A stretch of DNA of 64,000 bases, taken from contig JBBPJF010000003.1 of NCBI GenBank assembly GCA_043842855.1, positions 118,906-182,905 on the forward strand, given 5' to 3'. The translations under genes were made by a program, and so were the position numbers. The notes below the pieces were generated by a model, which did not search any database, was not told the origin of the DNA, and was given only the letters and a program-made list of their open reading frames with translations. Below, one piece after another: positions 10,149 through 19,276 of the stretch. The first letter of the stretch is position 1; each line of letters begins with the position of its first letter. This DNA is from Neisseriaceae bacterium. GTDB lineage: Bacteria; Pseudomonadota; Gammaproteobacteria; Burkholderiales; Neisseriaceae.

Positions 10149-11927
10149 TTATTTAGCATTCATAAATGCTCGCCAACCCCCAAAACCAGTAATTTCTTGA
10201 GCTTTTTCTACTGCATAAGGTTCACAAATAAAGCCACTTACCCAGCGTCCACTATCTAATTGAATTTTACCTATACCTAAAGGCCTGGAAATTTCATTGA
10301 CAAAACTTCCAAAGTCCGAACTGGGAACTTTCCAAACTTCCACCTCTATAGCCTGTCCCTTTGAATCATCCCAGATTAATCCAGGACGCAAAACTTTACC
10401 CTCAAGTAGGTACATCCGATAATGCGGAGCGGTTCGTGTTTGCTCTACCAATTGACCACCTCGCTCTACTAGTTGCCAGTTCAGAGCAAACCCTGTCAAA
10501 TGCGCACCACAAACTACCACCTCTATCCACTCATTATCGGAGGATATTGCGTTACCCCCAGCTGTTGTCTGGCTTGTGGAAAAAAATAATTCTAAACGCT
10601 TACTTAGTGATAATAAATAACGATCTCTAAAGGCCAGACTTGCTAACGTAATTCCGAATGGTAAACCATTTTCTGTTATAAGCGTGGGCAGCGCTACGGC
10701 AGATAAATCAAGTAAATTCATAAAATTAGTATAATATCCCAATTGAGAGTTATACATAATTGGTTCTTCAGAAAGTTCTTGGATAGTGTATAGCTTACCC
10801 GCTGTCGGTAACAATAAAGCGTCAAGGCCCTCAAGCTGCTCTGTGCAGTACTTTTTTAACGCTTTCAGTCGGTATTGTGCTTTAAATAAATCTGTAGCTT
10901 TAGCCTGTTTACCAGCTTCAACTATCTTTCTAACTATTGGATTCAAAGCTTCTGGCTGTTCTTCAATCAAAGGCATACAAGCCAAATAACGTTCTGCCAC
11001 CCACGGACCTTCATACAATAGACGTGCAGCCTCATCAAAGCCACTATAGTCAATTTCTTTCCACTCGATTGCCAATTTATCTAAGCACCTTAAAGTATTT
11101 TTGTAAGCCTGTTCGTACTGTTGATCACCAAAAAATTTTAATTGTTGGGTAGGTAAAATACCTATTCGAAGCTTTTTCTCTAAGGTTCCGTAATAGCGAG
11201 CACTGTTGCTAAAGGGATTTTGACGGCTAAACTCATCCTTATCATCTCTTTCTTCGGCCACTGTTAGTACTTGATGCGCATCATTTACATTAAGAGCAAA
11301 GATACTAATGCAGTCCAGAGTCTTACAAGCTGGAACTAGTCCCCGAATAGAAAGTAAACCTCTAGTGGGTTTAACACCGACTAACTGATTAAAAGCTGCT
11401 GGTACTCTGCCAGATCCTGCAGTATCTGTGCCAAGACTAAAACTGACTAGACCTCTTGCTACAGCAACAGCAGATCCAGAACTAGAGCCTCCACTTATGT
11501 ATTTAGAATTATAGGCATTCCGGCATATACCATAGGGGCTACGAGTGCCATTCAACCCAGTAGCAAATTGATCTAAATTAGTTTTACCTACGGGAATAGC
11601 CCCCGCTTCTAGCAGGCGTTGTACTACCCAAGCAGAGTGTTCCGGCACATAAGCAAACGCTGGACAGGCAGCAGTCGTTGGAATACCAGCCAAATCAATA
11701 TTATCCTTTATGGCAAAGGGGATGCCCCATAAAGGATGCTTCTCAAAATCTATATACTCAAGGGCCCTAAAATACGGCTCTTGTTCTTCTTCAGACAAAA
11801 GCGTAATCCAAATATGCTCATCCCCTAGCTCTAAAGCTTGCTGCCTGATTTTCTGCATCAAACTTCTGGGCGAAAATTCCCCTAGCTCATAACCTCTACG
11901 TACAGCTTCAATTGTTAACTTATCCAT
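10149..11927 (-). CDS. Allophanate hydrolase (amidase signature family)
   Basis: 592 aa. Amidase-signature GGSSSGSAVAVA with GTDTAGSGRVPA, plus the C-terminal allophanate-hydrolase extension. Overlaps the urea carboxylase stop by 8 nt. Confidence 0.85.
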   Translation of the reverse strand: MDKLTIEAVRRGYELGEFSPRSLMQKIRQQALELGDEHIWITLLSEEEQEPYFRALEYIDFEKHPLWGIPFAIKDNIDLAGIPTTAACPAFAYVPEHSAWVVQRLLEAGAIPVGKTNLDQFATGLNGTRSPYGICRNAYNSKYISGGSSSGSAVAVARGLVSFSLGTDTAGSGRVPAAFNQLVGVKPTRGLLSIRGLVPACKTLDCISIFALNVNDAHQVLTVAEERDDKDEFSRQNPFSNSARYYGTLEKKLRIGILPTQQLKFFGDQQYEQAYKNTLRCLDKLAIEWKEIDYSGFDEAARLLYEGPWVAERYLACMPLIEEQPEALNPIVRKIVEAGKQAKATDLFKAQYRLKALKKYCTEQLEGLDALLLPTAGKLYTIQELSEEPIMYNSQLGYYTNFMNLLDLSAVALPTLITENGLPFGITLASLAFRDRYLLSLSKRLELFFSTSQTTAGGNAISSDNEWIEVVVCGAHLTGFALNWQLVERGGQLVEQTRTAPHYRMYLLEGKVLRPGLIWDDSKGQAIEVEVWKVPSSDFGSFVNEISRPLGIGKIQLDSGRWVSGFICEPYAVEKAQEITGFGGWRAFMNAK

Positions 11928-14900
11928 TCGGATACTGCTCCCTCTTTAACACCAACATGACCTGACCTGCATGGACATTCTGCCCTTGCTTCAAATGTAT
12001 ACTTTCCACTATTCCTGCTTCTTTAGCTAAAATAGGGATTTCCATTTTCATGGATTCTAAACTAATTAGCCTTTGTTCTGATTTTACAGTCTGCCCTAGC
12101 TCAACTTCAATTTTCCAAACACTACCTGACACTGGACTCTCTAACGCTATACTTCCTTCAGGTATGATGATTTCTTCTCCTTTTACTTCTTCTACGGCTG
12201 TAAAGTTGAACTGTCCTTCAGCATGCCAGCGAGCTAATTCTTCATTAAATGAATTTTCGCGTTGTGCACGTATCTTTTTGATTTCCTCTTGATTTGTACG
12301 GAGCTCTTTATCATATTCTTCCCAAGAAAATTGTGTAGGTTCAATCTTTAGGACGGCTTCACCTTGCAATAAAGCCTTACGAATTTCTGACAATTCAGCA
12401 GGACTCACCTCATAAAAGCGTATAAGATCAAAAAAACGTAATAACCAAGGCTTTTCAAAGGATCCCCCTAAATGATAGTGGTTCCACATAGAAACGGTCC
12501 GACCAATCAACTGATAACCTCCTGGTCCATCCATTCCATAGATACATAGATAAGCGCCTCCTATTCCTACAGAGCTCTCAACTGTCCAAGTACGTACAGG
12601 ATTATATTTAGTGGTCAACAGACGATCCCTTGGGTCTAGAGGAATAGCTAAAGGAGCTCCTAAATAAACGTCTCCCAAGCCAGCTACTAAATAGGTAGCA
12701 TTAAAAACTATCTCTTTTACCTCTGAAATATCCTTTAATCCATTAATCCTACGAATGAATTCTAAATTACTCGGACACCAAGGAGCCTCTCGACGAATAG
12801 TCTGCATGTACTTCTCTATAGCCATGCGACACGCCTCATCATCCCAAGACATCGGCAAATAAACAATCCTTGCCGGTACAGTCAAACTTTCTGAAGTCTG
12901 CGATAGAATTAATTCTGCTTGAGCAAGGTGGTTTAATAAGGTTTTATGGGAAAGTATTTGGCTATCAAAGTGTATCTGTAGTGACCTTACCCCAGGGGTT
13001 AATTCCTTGAGTCCAGCCAAAGAATTCTCTTCTAGCCACTGCATTAAACGATACACTCGCAAACGCAAACGGACATCCATCACCAGCTCACCGTATTCTA
13101 CCAGGAGAAAATGATCTCCCGCAGCGCGATATATTACTCTTTCTCCTGCTTGTTCTGCTGATAAACTAGCCAGAATAGGATCTTTCAAGACGGGTAATTG
13201 AGGCACGGAATTCATAGGACCTAGTCGACCAATGGCTTCTGTTTGCTCCTTTTCCAAAAGAATAGCAGTTTCTATAGCAATAGGAAGAAATTTAATCCGA
13301 TCTCCCACTCGCAGTTGACCTAACTTCCAAAGATCTGCTGTTATTACCGTCACACAGCAAACAAAGCCCCCGAGCGATGGCCCATCTGGACCTAAAATAA
13401 TAGGGACATCCCCGGTAAAGTTAACTGAACCAAAGGCATAGGCATTATCGTGGATATTGGAAGGATGAAGACCAGCTTCTCCACCATCCGTCCTCGACCA
13501 ACTAGGTTTAGGGCCAATCAGTCGTATACCTGTGCGGTTAGAGTTGTAATGAACCTCCCACTCAGAATGGAAAAAAACTTCCATATCCTTTTCGGTAAAA
13601 AAATCTGGAGCTCCATGGGGACCATAAATAACCTTTAATTCCCAGGTATTAGTCAATTGTGGTCTTGCTTCTAAAGGAAGATTAGCGCCTACTTCTGCTA
13701 AATACTGTTCCGTATTTCTAACTTTTAAAATATCCCCGGCTCTAATTGCACGTCCACTATGACCACCAAAGCGACCTAAAGCAAAAGTTGCTTTCGAGCC
13801 CAAATAATCAGGGCATTCAATCCCCCCAGTAACTGCAAGATAGCTTCTACAACCCGCCCCCACTACACGGCCTAACTCTAGCGTCTGCCCCGCTTTCACT
13901 GCAATTACTTGCCAATTGGGAATGTTTTTATTATCCAATTTAGCTTCTATCTGGGCTCCTGCCAGAACAATCTGGGTATTAAAATTAAATTGGATGGATG
14001 GGCCTTCAAGCGTAATTTCCAACCCTGCTGCATTTTCAGGATTCTTTAAAAGTCTATTGGCTAGCCTAAAAGAATAACTGTCGTAGGCACCTGAAGGGGG
14101 AACTCCTATATCCCAATAACCTGAACGTCCAAAGGCATCTTGGACTGTAGTTAAACTACCCCCCCGCAAAAACTCCATACGCGGAGAGGGGAGAGAAATA
14201 AAACTATTTAAAAATCGGGTAGTCATTTTCCCTTCTTGGAAGGTTTTTTCTGCCAGTAAGGTTTCCAAATACCTTAGATTAGTCTCTACGCCATAAAGCT
14301 TTGTTTCTTTCAAACTATTTGCTAATAGGGCTAGCGCACCTTCACGATCCACACTATGGACAATCAATTTAGCTAGCATAGGATCAAAAAAAGCAGCTAC
14401 TTCTACACCAGCCTCAACCCAGGTGTCTACTCGAACATTTTTGCCACGAGGGAAGATAACTTGCGTTAAAAGGCCTGCACTAGGACGAAAATCGTGGTAG
14501 GGGTCTTCTGCATAAATACGCGCTTGAATTGCATGCCCTTTAGGTCGTAGTACTTTACGTTTTGTTTCTAAACTAAACTGTTTATCAGAAGCTAGACGTA
14601 ACATCCACTCCACTAAGTCAATCCCATATACTTCTTCTGTGATACCGTGTTCTACCTGTAGCCGAGTGTTTACCTCAAGAAAGTAAAAGGACTCACTGTC
14701 TACGTCATAGATAAATTCAACAGTTCCTACACTGCGGTAGCAAACACTGGCCAATAGTCGCTCTGCAATTTGATATAGTTGATTTCTTACGGTATCAGTT
14801 AGGTTTGGCGCCGGGCACTCTTCAATCACTTTCTGATTGCGCCTCTGACTAGAACAATCCCGCTCTCCAATAGCTAACGTTTTTCCCAATCCATCCCCTA

Positions 14901-15537
14901 TCATTTGCACCTCAATGTGTCGGCCTCGTTTAATATATTTTTCTAGGTAAAGACCATCGTTAGAAAAATTGTTAGCACTTAGGGCTTTGATAGATTCAAA
15001 GATAGCTTCTAATTCCTTTTCTGAGGAACAAAGTTGCATCCCAATCCCACCGCCACCTGCGGTACTTTTCAACATGACTGGGTAGCCAATACGCGAAGCT
15101 TCTAGCTTTGCTTGCTCTACACTTTGTAGTAATGGTGAGCCCGGTGACAGGGGAACTTCTGCTTGCAGCGCTAGTTCTCTAGCTCTATGCTTAAGCCCAA
15201 AATCTGCTATCTGCTGCGCTGTTGGCCCTAGAAAAATAAGACCTAATTGTTCAACTCTCTTGACGAATTCAACATTTTCACTTAGAAAACCATAGCCAGG
15301 ATGAATAGCCTGCGCACCACAATCGCAAGCTATTTTCAAAATTTTATCCATATTGAGATAGGTATCAGTCGCTCCACCTGATCCTAGCGAGTAGGCTTCA
15401 TCAGCCAATTTTACGTGTAAACTACTTGCGTCAACCTCTGAGTAAACCACTACAGAGTTTATTTGTAGTTTTTTTAGTGTTTTCAAAATACGTGTTGCGC
15501 ATGCACCACGATTTGCAATCAGTACTTTCTGAAACAT
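11920..15537 (-). CDS. Urea carboxylase (biotin carboxylase + KipI/KipA-like carboxyltransferase + BCCP)
   Basis: About 1205 aa. N-terminal biotin carboxylase (MFQKVLIANRG..., GGGGIGM), central allophanate-hydrolase-subunit-1/2-like domains, and a C-terminal biotinyl domain with LESMKMEI. Start set at the ATG at 15537 on N-terminal homology; the ORF track extends to 15576. Confidence 0.9.
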   Translation of the reverse strand: MFQKVLIANRGACATRILKTLKKLQINSVVVYSEVDASSLHVKLADEAYSLGSGGATDTYLNMDKILKIACDCGAQAIHPGYGFLSENVEFVKRVEQLGLIFLGPTAQQIADFGLKHRARELALQAEVPLSPGSPLLQSVEQAKLEASRIGYPVMLKSTAGGGGIGMQLCSSEKELEAIFESIKALSANNFSNDGLYLEKYIKRGRHIEVQMIGDGLGKTLAIGERDCSSQRRNQKVIEECPAPNLTDTVRNQLYQIAERLLASVCYRSVGTVEFIYDVDSESFYFLEVNTRLQVEHGITEEVYGIDLVEWMLRLASDKQFSLETKRKVLRPKGHAIQARIYAEDPYHDFRPSAGLLTQVIFPRGKNVRVDTWVEAGVEVAAFFDPMLAKLIVHSVDREGALALLANSLKETKLYGVETNLRYLETLLAEKTFQEGKMTTRFLNSFISLPSPRMEFLRGGSLTTVQDAFGRSGYWDIGVPPSGAYDSYSFRLANRLLKNPENAAGLEITLEGPSIQFNFNTQIVLAGAQIEAKLDNKNIPNWQVIAVKAGQTLELGRVVGAGCRSYLAVTGGIECPDYLGSKATFALGRFGGHSGRAIRAGDILKVRNTEQYLAEVGANLPLEARPQLTNTWELKVIYGPHGAPDFFTEKDMEVFFHSEWEVHYNSNRTGIRLIGPKPSWSRTDGGEAGLHPSNIHDNAYAFGSVNFTGDVPIILGPDGPSLGGFVCCVTVITADLWKLGQLRVGDRIKFLPIAIETAILLEKEQTEAIGRLGPMNSVPQLPVLKDPILASLSAEQAGERVIYRAAGDHFLLVEYGELVMDVRLRLRVYRLMQWLEENSLAGLKELTPGVRSLQIHFDSQILSHKTLLNHLAQAELILSQTSESLTVPARIVYLPMSWDDEACRMAIEKYMQTIRREAPWCPSNLEFIRRINGLKDISEVKEIVFNATYLVAGLGDVYLGAPLAIPLDPRDRLLTTKYNPVRTWTVESSVGIGGAYLCIYGMDGPGGYQLIGRTVSMWNHYHLGGSFEKPWLLRFFDLIRFYEVSPAELSEIRKALLQGEAVLKIEPTQFSWEEYDKELRTNQEEIKKIRAQRENSFNEELARWHAEGQFNFTAVEEVKGEEIIIPEGSIALESPVSGSVWKIEVELGQTVKSEQRLISLESMKMEIPILAKEAGIVESIHLKQGQNVHAGQVMLVLKREQYPNG

Positions 15538-16350
15538 AACAAAAACCCTTTCTTTAAACTTTTTTCCCAGACCCAATCTAACTGTTACTAGTTAATGTTG
15601 TTTTTAACAATCAGAGCTCCCCACTGGGTAATAGAAAAAGATCCCCTCTAATCAAGCTATAAGGGTATTGGCTAAGTCTGGAGCCTGAAGCACACAAACT
15701 CCCGCCATCCTACTTGACTAGGCTACAGGGAGCTAAGTTAATCTCTGGTAAAAGGGAAAAAGATTGATTGCTAACAGAGCTTTTCCAGAGATTCTCATCT
15801 GGTTTCAAGCTTTATAGTCGTTCGCTGTATCTCATTGATCTTAAGAAAATAGTATGCGGGACAGGAGCTTTATTATTTTAATATTTTCCTTAGTAGAGAA
15901 CCTTAAACTAGGCCAGCTAGACCCACTCAAAATTAACTGTAGAACTATAATCAGTTTTTCAATTGCTTGATACCTGGTACCGGATAGAAAAATACTTTAT
16001 CAATCCCTTCCTTAACTAAGGCTGTAACAAGGGTTGATTTTTCTAAATTATTAATTTACTACAGCCTAATTAGGTTATCTTCTGCATACAGGAGAAAAAA
16101 CCGCCAATTCAATCCACTCTGACAGTTATTTTAACAGTACCCTCTAGTTTTTAAAGTATAGATTTCAAAATACTAGACGTATGAACTAATTTACTAGTAG
16201 AATCATCCACCTTTTTAAAAGTCCACGTAAAAACTATGTTTATCCTCTTTGTCTCTATTTCGCAGCCCTTTAAAACGCGGCTTCTGAGGCACCTTTTTCC
16301 ACAGAAATGAATATAGTCTGTTTTTATCTACCCATGTAGAGGATTGATTG

Positions 16351-16941
16351 ATGTTGAAAAATGCTTTTTTATACCCTTTTCGTTATGGTATTACCAATAG
16401 GCAAGAATACTGGATAGTATTGTGTTTAACTTGGTTGCTAGGAGTCCTTACCTCTCATATAAGGGAGCTAATTCTCCCTTCTCTTATTCCTCCTTTTCTC
16501 TTATTACCGCTGAAAGTTCTACTTTCTAACATGGGGAGTCTACTTTCCTCTTCTAAAGAAGCAATTAACTATGGTTCTGTACATGCGTTAAGTAATAACC
16601 TCCTGCTGGGCGATTACAACTCTATACTCTCAAAGTACTTCATAATCTATGCTTTTTTCTGTTTGATTTGGATATATCTCACCAGCGTATCCACTATGCT
16701 TTACGTTAGACGTCTACATGATATAGGTTGGTCGGCGTGGTGCTTAATTCTCCCCTGCTTACTTTTCTCTCTGGCTTGGATTTTAAGTTTTGTACCTTTC
16801 ATTGGAGGAATAATTTCCTTTTTGATTTCTGGTACTGTGCTACTGATTTTAGGACTCATTCCCAGTAAGCTTGCTGCGAACCCATACAGAGAAAAAGCCA
16901 TGGCACTCAATGCACTAAACAAAGGGAAGGTAATTGTTTAA
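16351..16941 (+). CDS. DUF805-family inner-membrane protein (paralog 1)
   Basis: Has the N-terminal NAFLYPFRY...R..R.EYW motif and the VRRLHDIGWSAW signature, with multiple TM helices. AGAGGA lies 8 nt upstream of the ATG at 16351. Confidence 0.8.
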   Translation: MLKNAFLYPFRYGITNRQEYWIVLCLTWLLGVLTSHIRELILPSLIPPFLLLPLKVLLSNMGSLLSSSKEAINYGSVHALSNNLLLGDYNSILSKYFIIYAFFCLIWIYLTSVSTMLYVRRLHDIGWSAWCLILPCLLFSLAWILSFVPFIGGIISFLISGTVLLILGLIPSKLAANPYREKAMALNALNKGKVIV

Positions 16942-17327
16942 ATCCAACTTAGTTAATCTAATGTATTGAAATTAATTAATCGACGGACCGACTGAATACC
17001 TTAGCTAGTTGGCCCTCCATAGGGCTTATCGCTATGTGCTGAGACTTGTAAACAGCTTGTGCCGAGTAACTGGCTGCCCTGTCAGGTGGTAGTGGGGCGT
17101 TTCGCCTAAGCAATTGCGGTTTTTTTAGTCTCTCTTCTCTAACTAATTTGCCAACCATATAAAGCACTAGACTTTTAGGTTACTTTCTCAGTAAAATCAG
17201 TGGGTGTGAGCGACAGGGAGGGCTTCTCTGACTACGGTCCATCCTTGGAATAACTTGAGCGCTTCTTCGTGCTACTGGCACCATAGCTAGTTGACCCCGT
17301 TTATCATCAATTTTGGAGGACTATATA

Positions 17328-17849
17328 ATGTCAGATCAGCTATTTAAAAATGCCCTTCTTCATCCTTTCCGTTACGATACTGTTAATAGAAAGGGTTACT
17401 GGATAACCCTAATATTTTCCTACATCCTCGGTCTAGCGCTTGTCTATTTAACTAGGCTGGGAATATGGGCCGTTCTACCAGCAGGCACTGACCGTAGTGT
17501 GGATTTTTCTCTTCTGCCTCAAGGAACAAAGATTTGGGTTATATTAATGTCCGCACTGCTTGTAGTCCTGACCTTGTACTTTCTGTGCGTTACACTGGGT
17601 ATCTCAGTCAGAAGGTTACATGATGCCGGATACTCTGGCTGGTGGGTTTTGGCATATTATCTCGTCAACTATCTTTCAGCGTTTGGTGTGGTGTTTCTAT
17701 TGAAACAACCTGTTGCAGCTGCTATAACATCGATGGTAATTGGTACTCTTTTTGTGATTCTGTTAGGTAGCTTACCCAGCAAAGTGGTTAATAATCGTTA
17801 TAGAGAAAAAGCTATTCAATGCGCAAGCAAAAGGCTAGAAAAGATTTAG
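17328..17849 (+). CDS. DUF805-family inner-membrane protein (paralog 2)
   Basis: Carries NALLHPFRY...RKGYW and VRRLHDAGYSGWW signatures. GGAGG at 17316-17320 sits 7 nt before the ATG at 17328; the ORF track starts at a TTG at 17313. Confidence 0.8.
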   Translation: MSDQLFKNALLHPFRYDTVNRKGYWITLIFSYILGLALVYLTRLGIWAVLPAGTDRSVDFSLLPQGTKIWVILMSALLVVLTLYFLCVTLGISVRRLHDAGYSGWWVLAYYLVNYLSAFGVVFLLKQPVAAAITSMVIGTLFVILLGSLPSKVVNNRYREKAIQCASKRLEKI

Positions 17850-17861
17850 CATATAGGTACA

Positions 17862-17896
17862 GAGCGGGAAACGCAAACGTTTCTCGCTCGGTTTTA
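17862..17896 (+). terminator. Rho-independent terminator after DUF805 paralog 2
   Basis: 12-bp stem GAGCGGGAAACG / CGTTTCTCGCTC (one G-U pair), CAAA loop, followed by GGTTTTATT. Lies 13 nt after the stop codon. Confidence 0.65.
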
Positions 17897-18180
17897 TTCA
17901 CAACCCGCCACTAATCCTGTTGTGGCTTAAAAGTTGGCTATGCCTCGCCATAAGAGTTCTTGTGCTGCCAAGTGAATGGCACTATGACTTGAACCTGCTC
18001 TTCTAGCTTAAACTTTCCACTAATCATTTCCCTTATACTAATCAGCTGCTGCTGGCAATAAATACCCGAGAAAGGGCTGTTTGTGATAGTTGTCACGCTA
18101 ATAACGCCAATCCTCCTGTTAGTTTGAACCGTCTTTTTAGTTCCTCAAACAATTAATCCATTGCATTAGCTGATCCCACT

Positions 18181-18985
18181 ATGAGGAGAAGAAAACTTAA
18201 AGAGATAATACCAATGCTACTAGCTCGCCATTATGTAGCTTTTATCCTTACCTTTATGCGCTGAAATCCCGACTATAGTATTAATTTCGTAATTTTCATT
18301 CTTTTTTGATCTCTACCTTAAAGAGATTACTGGTTCTGTTTCTATAAATCTAGTTATGCTCCCCCACCATGACTTTATGCGATCTATTGGACAGTTAACT
18401 ACTTGCATCCCGGTTTCTAATGCTTTTGGGGCTTATGCAACTCGCTTAATTGGGCCAGCAACAGGATATGTGATAGCCTGGGTTTATTGGTTAACCTGGT
18501 CCCTGACGCTGGGAGTAGATTTTACTGCTGCTGCTATTTTGCTGAATGAGCTATTACCTGAGATGCCTGTTTGGTTAGGCGTTATGCTTTTTACCGGCGT
18601 TGTCCTTTTACTCAATCTTTATTCCACCCGGCTATTTGCTGAATCAGAATTTTATTTATCCTTAGTTAAGGTGGCTACCGTAGTTCTGTTTATAGTATTG
18701 GGCCTGCTAGTCTTATTTCATTTTATTTCAGTTACTCCAGCAGTTCCGTATCCTGACTACTATATTAACAATTTTTCCAAAGAGAACTTATTTCCTTATG
18801 GAATAAAGGGGTTATTTAATACCATGTTATTGGTAAGTTTTTCTTTTACGGGGACAGAACTAATTGCAGTGGCAGCAGGTGAAGCGCAAAATCCTGAAAG
18901 TGCTTAAATACCGGTAGCTGACCACTTGATTCCACATAGAAAGCAATTTGATACTTTGCTCTATGTAACAGCATAAATTTAGTGG
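18181..18985 (+). pseudogene. Decayed APC-family amino-acid permease (LysP/AroP-like), N-terminal about 55% only
   Basis: ORF 18356..18907 aligns to the TM2-TM6 region of amino-acid permeases (PVS.AFGAYA....GPA.G...AW.YW, FSFTGTELIAVAAGEAQNP). An in-frame TAA at 18905 replaces a residue of the conserved NP-x-K-x-IP-x-A motif, and IPVA follows the stop. The N-terminal remnant (MRRRKLK...ARH at 18181) is in another frame and interrupted. The C-terminal half of the gene is absent. Confidence 0.72.
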
Positions 18986-19276
18986 TATTGATACGATAAA
19001 GTTTAAGTGGTCATAAGATTGGATGAATAAACTTGAATGTGCTAGCTCTTTATTTACTTTAATCACTTTAAATAGAAAAAGTAGTACTAAAAAATACTTC
19101 CGGATTACCAGCGGTGCTCAAAGGATGTAAATCGAGTCCAACCACAAGGATTAGCCTTAGTTATCGTATAAATTCACTGAAGCGAGTACAACTTCAACTC
19201 CAAATTTCTCTAGCCTTTAAAACTCAATATTTAGGCTAATGAACTACTCCCTCTAAGCATTAGCTATAGAGTGAGC

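Noticed and set aside
15577-15800. Guanidine-I (ykkC) riboswitch in the urea carboxylase leader, which is its classical genomic context.
   Set aside because: The minus strand contains only AUGGCGGGAG, loosely resembling the ACGGCGGGA segment. The hallmark GGUCCGAGAG and UAGGGUUCCG blocks are absent. There are no ACGR-tetraloop pairs (guanidine-II) or guanidine-III-like pseudoknot sequences either. An Infernal search would be decisive.
16976-17167. 63-aa minus-strand ORF and a possible known housekeeping RNA (SRP/4.5S, 6S, RNase P, tmRNA) in the GC-rich DUF805 spacer.
   Set aside because: The ORF has no RBS and no recognisable motif. The SRP domain IV sequence (GGAAGCAGCC around a GNRA loop), the RNase P GGAAAGUCCGG block and the tmRNA termini are not present. 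Only vague similarity to part of 4.5S RNA (GUGCCG...CUGGC) was seen.
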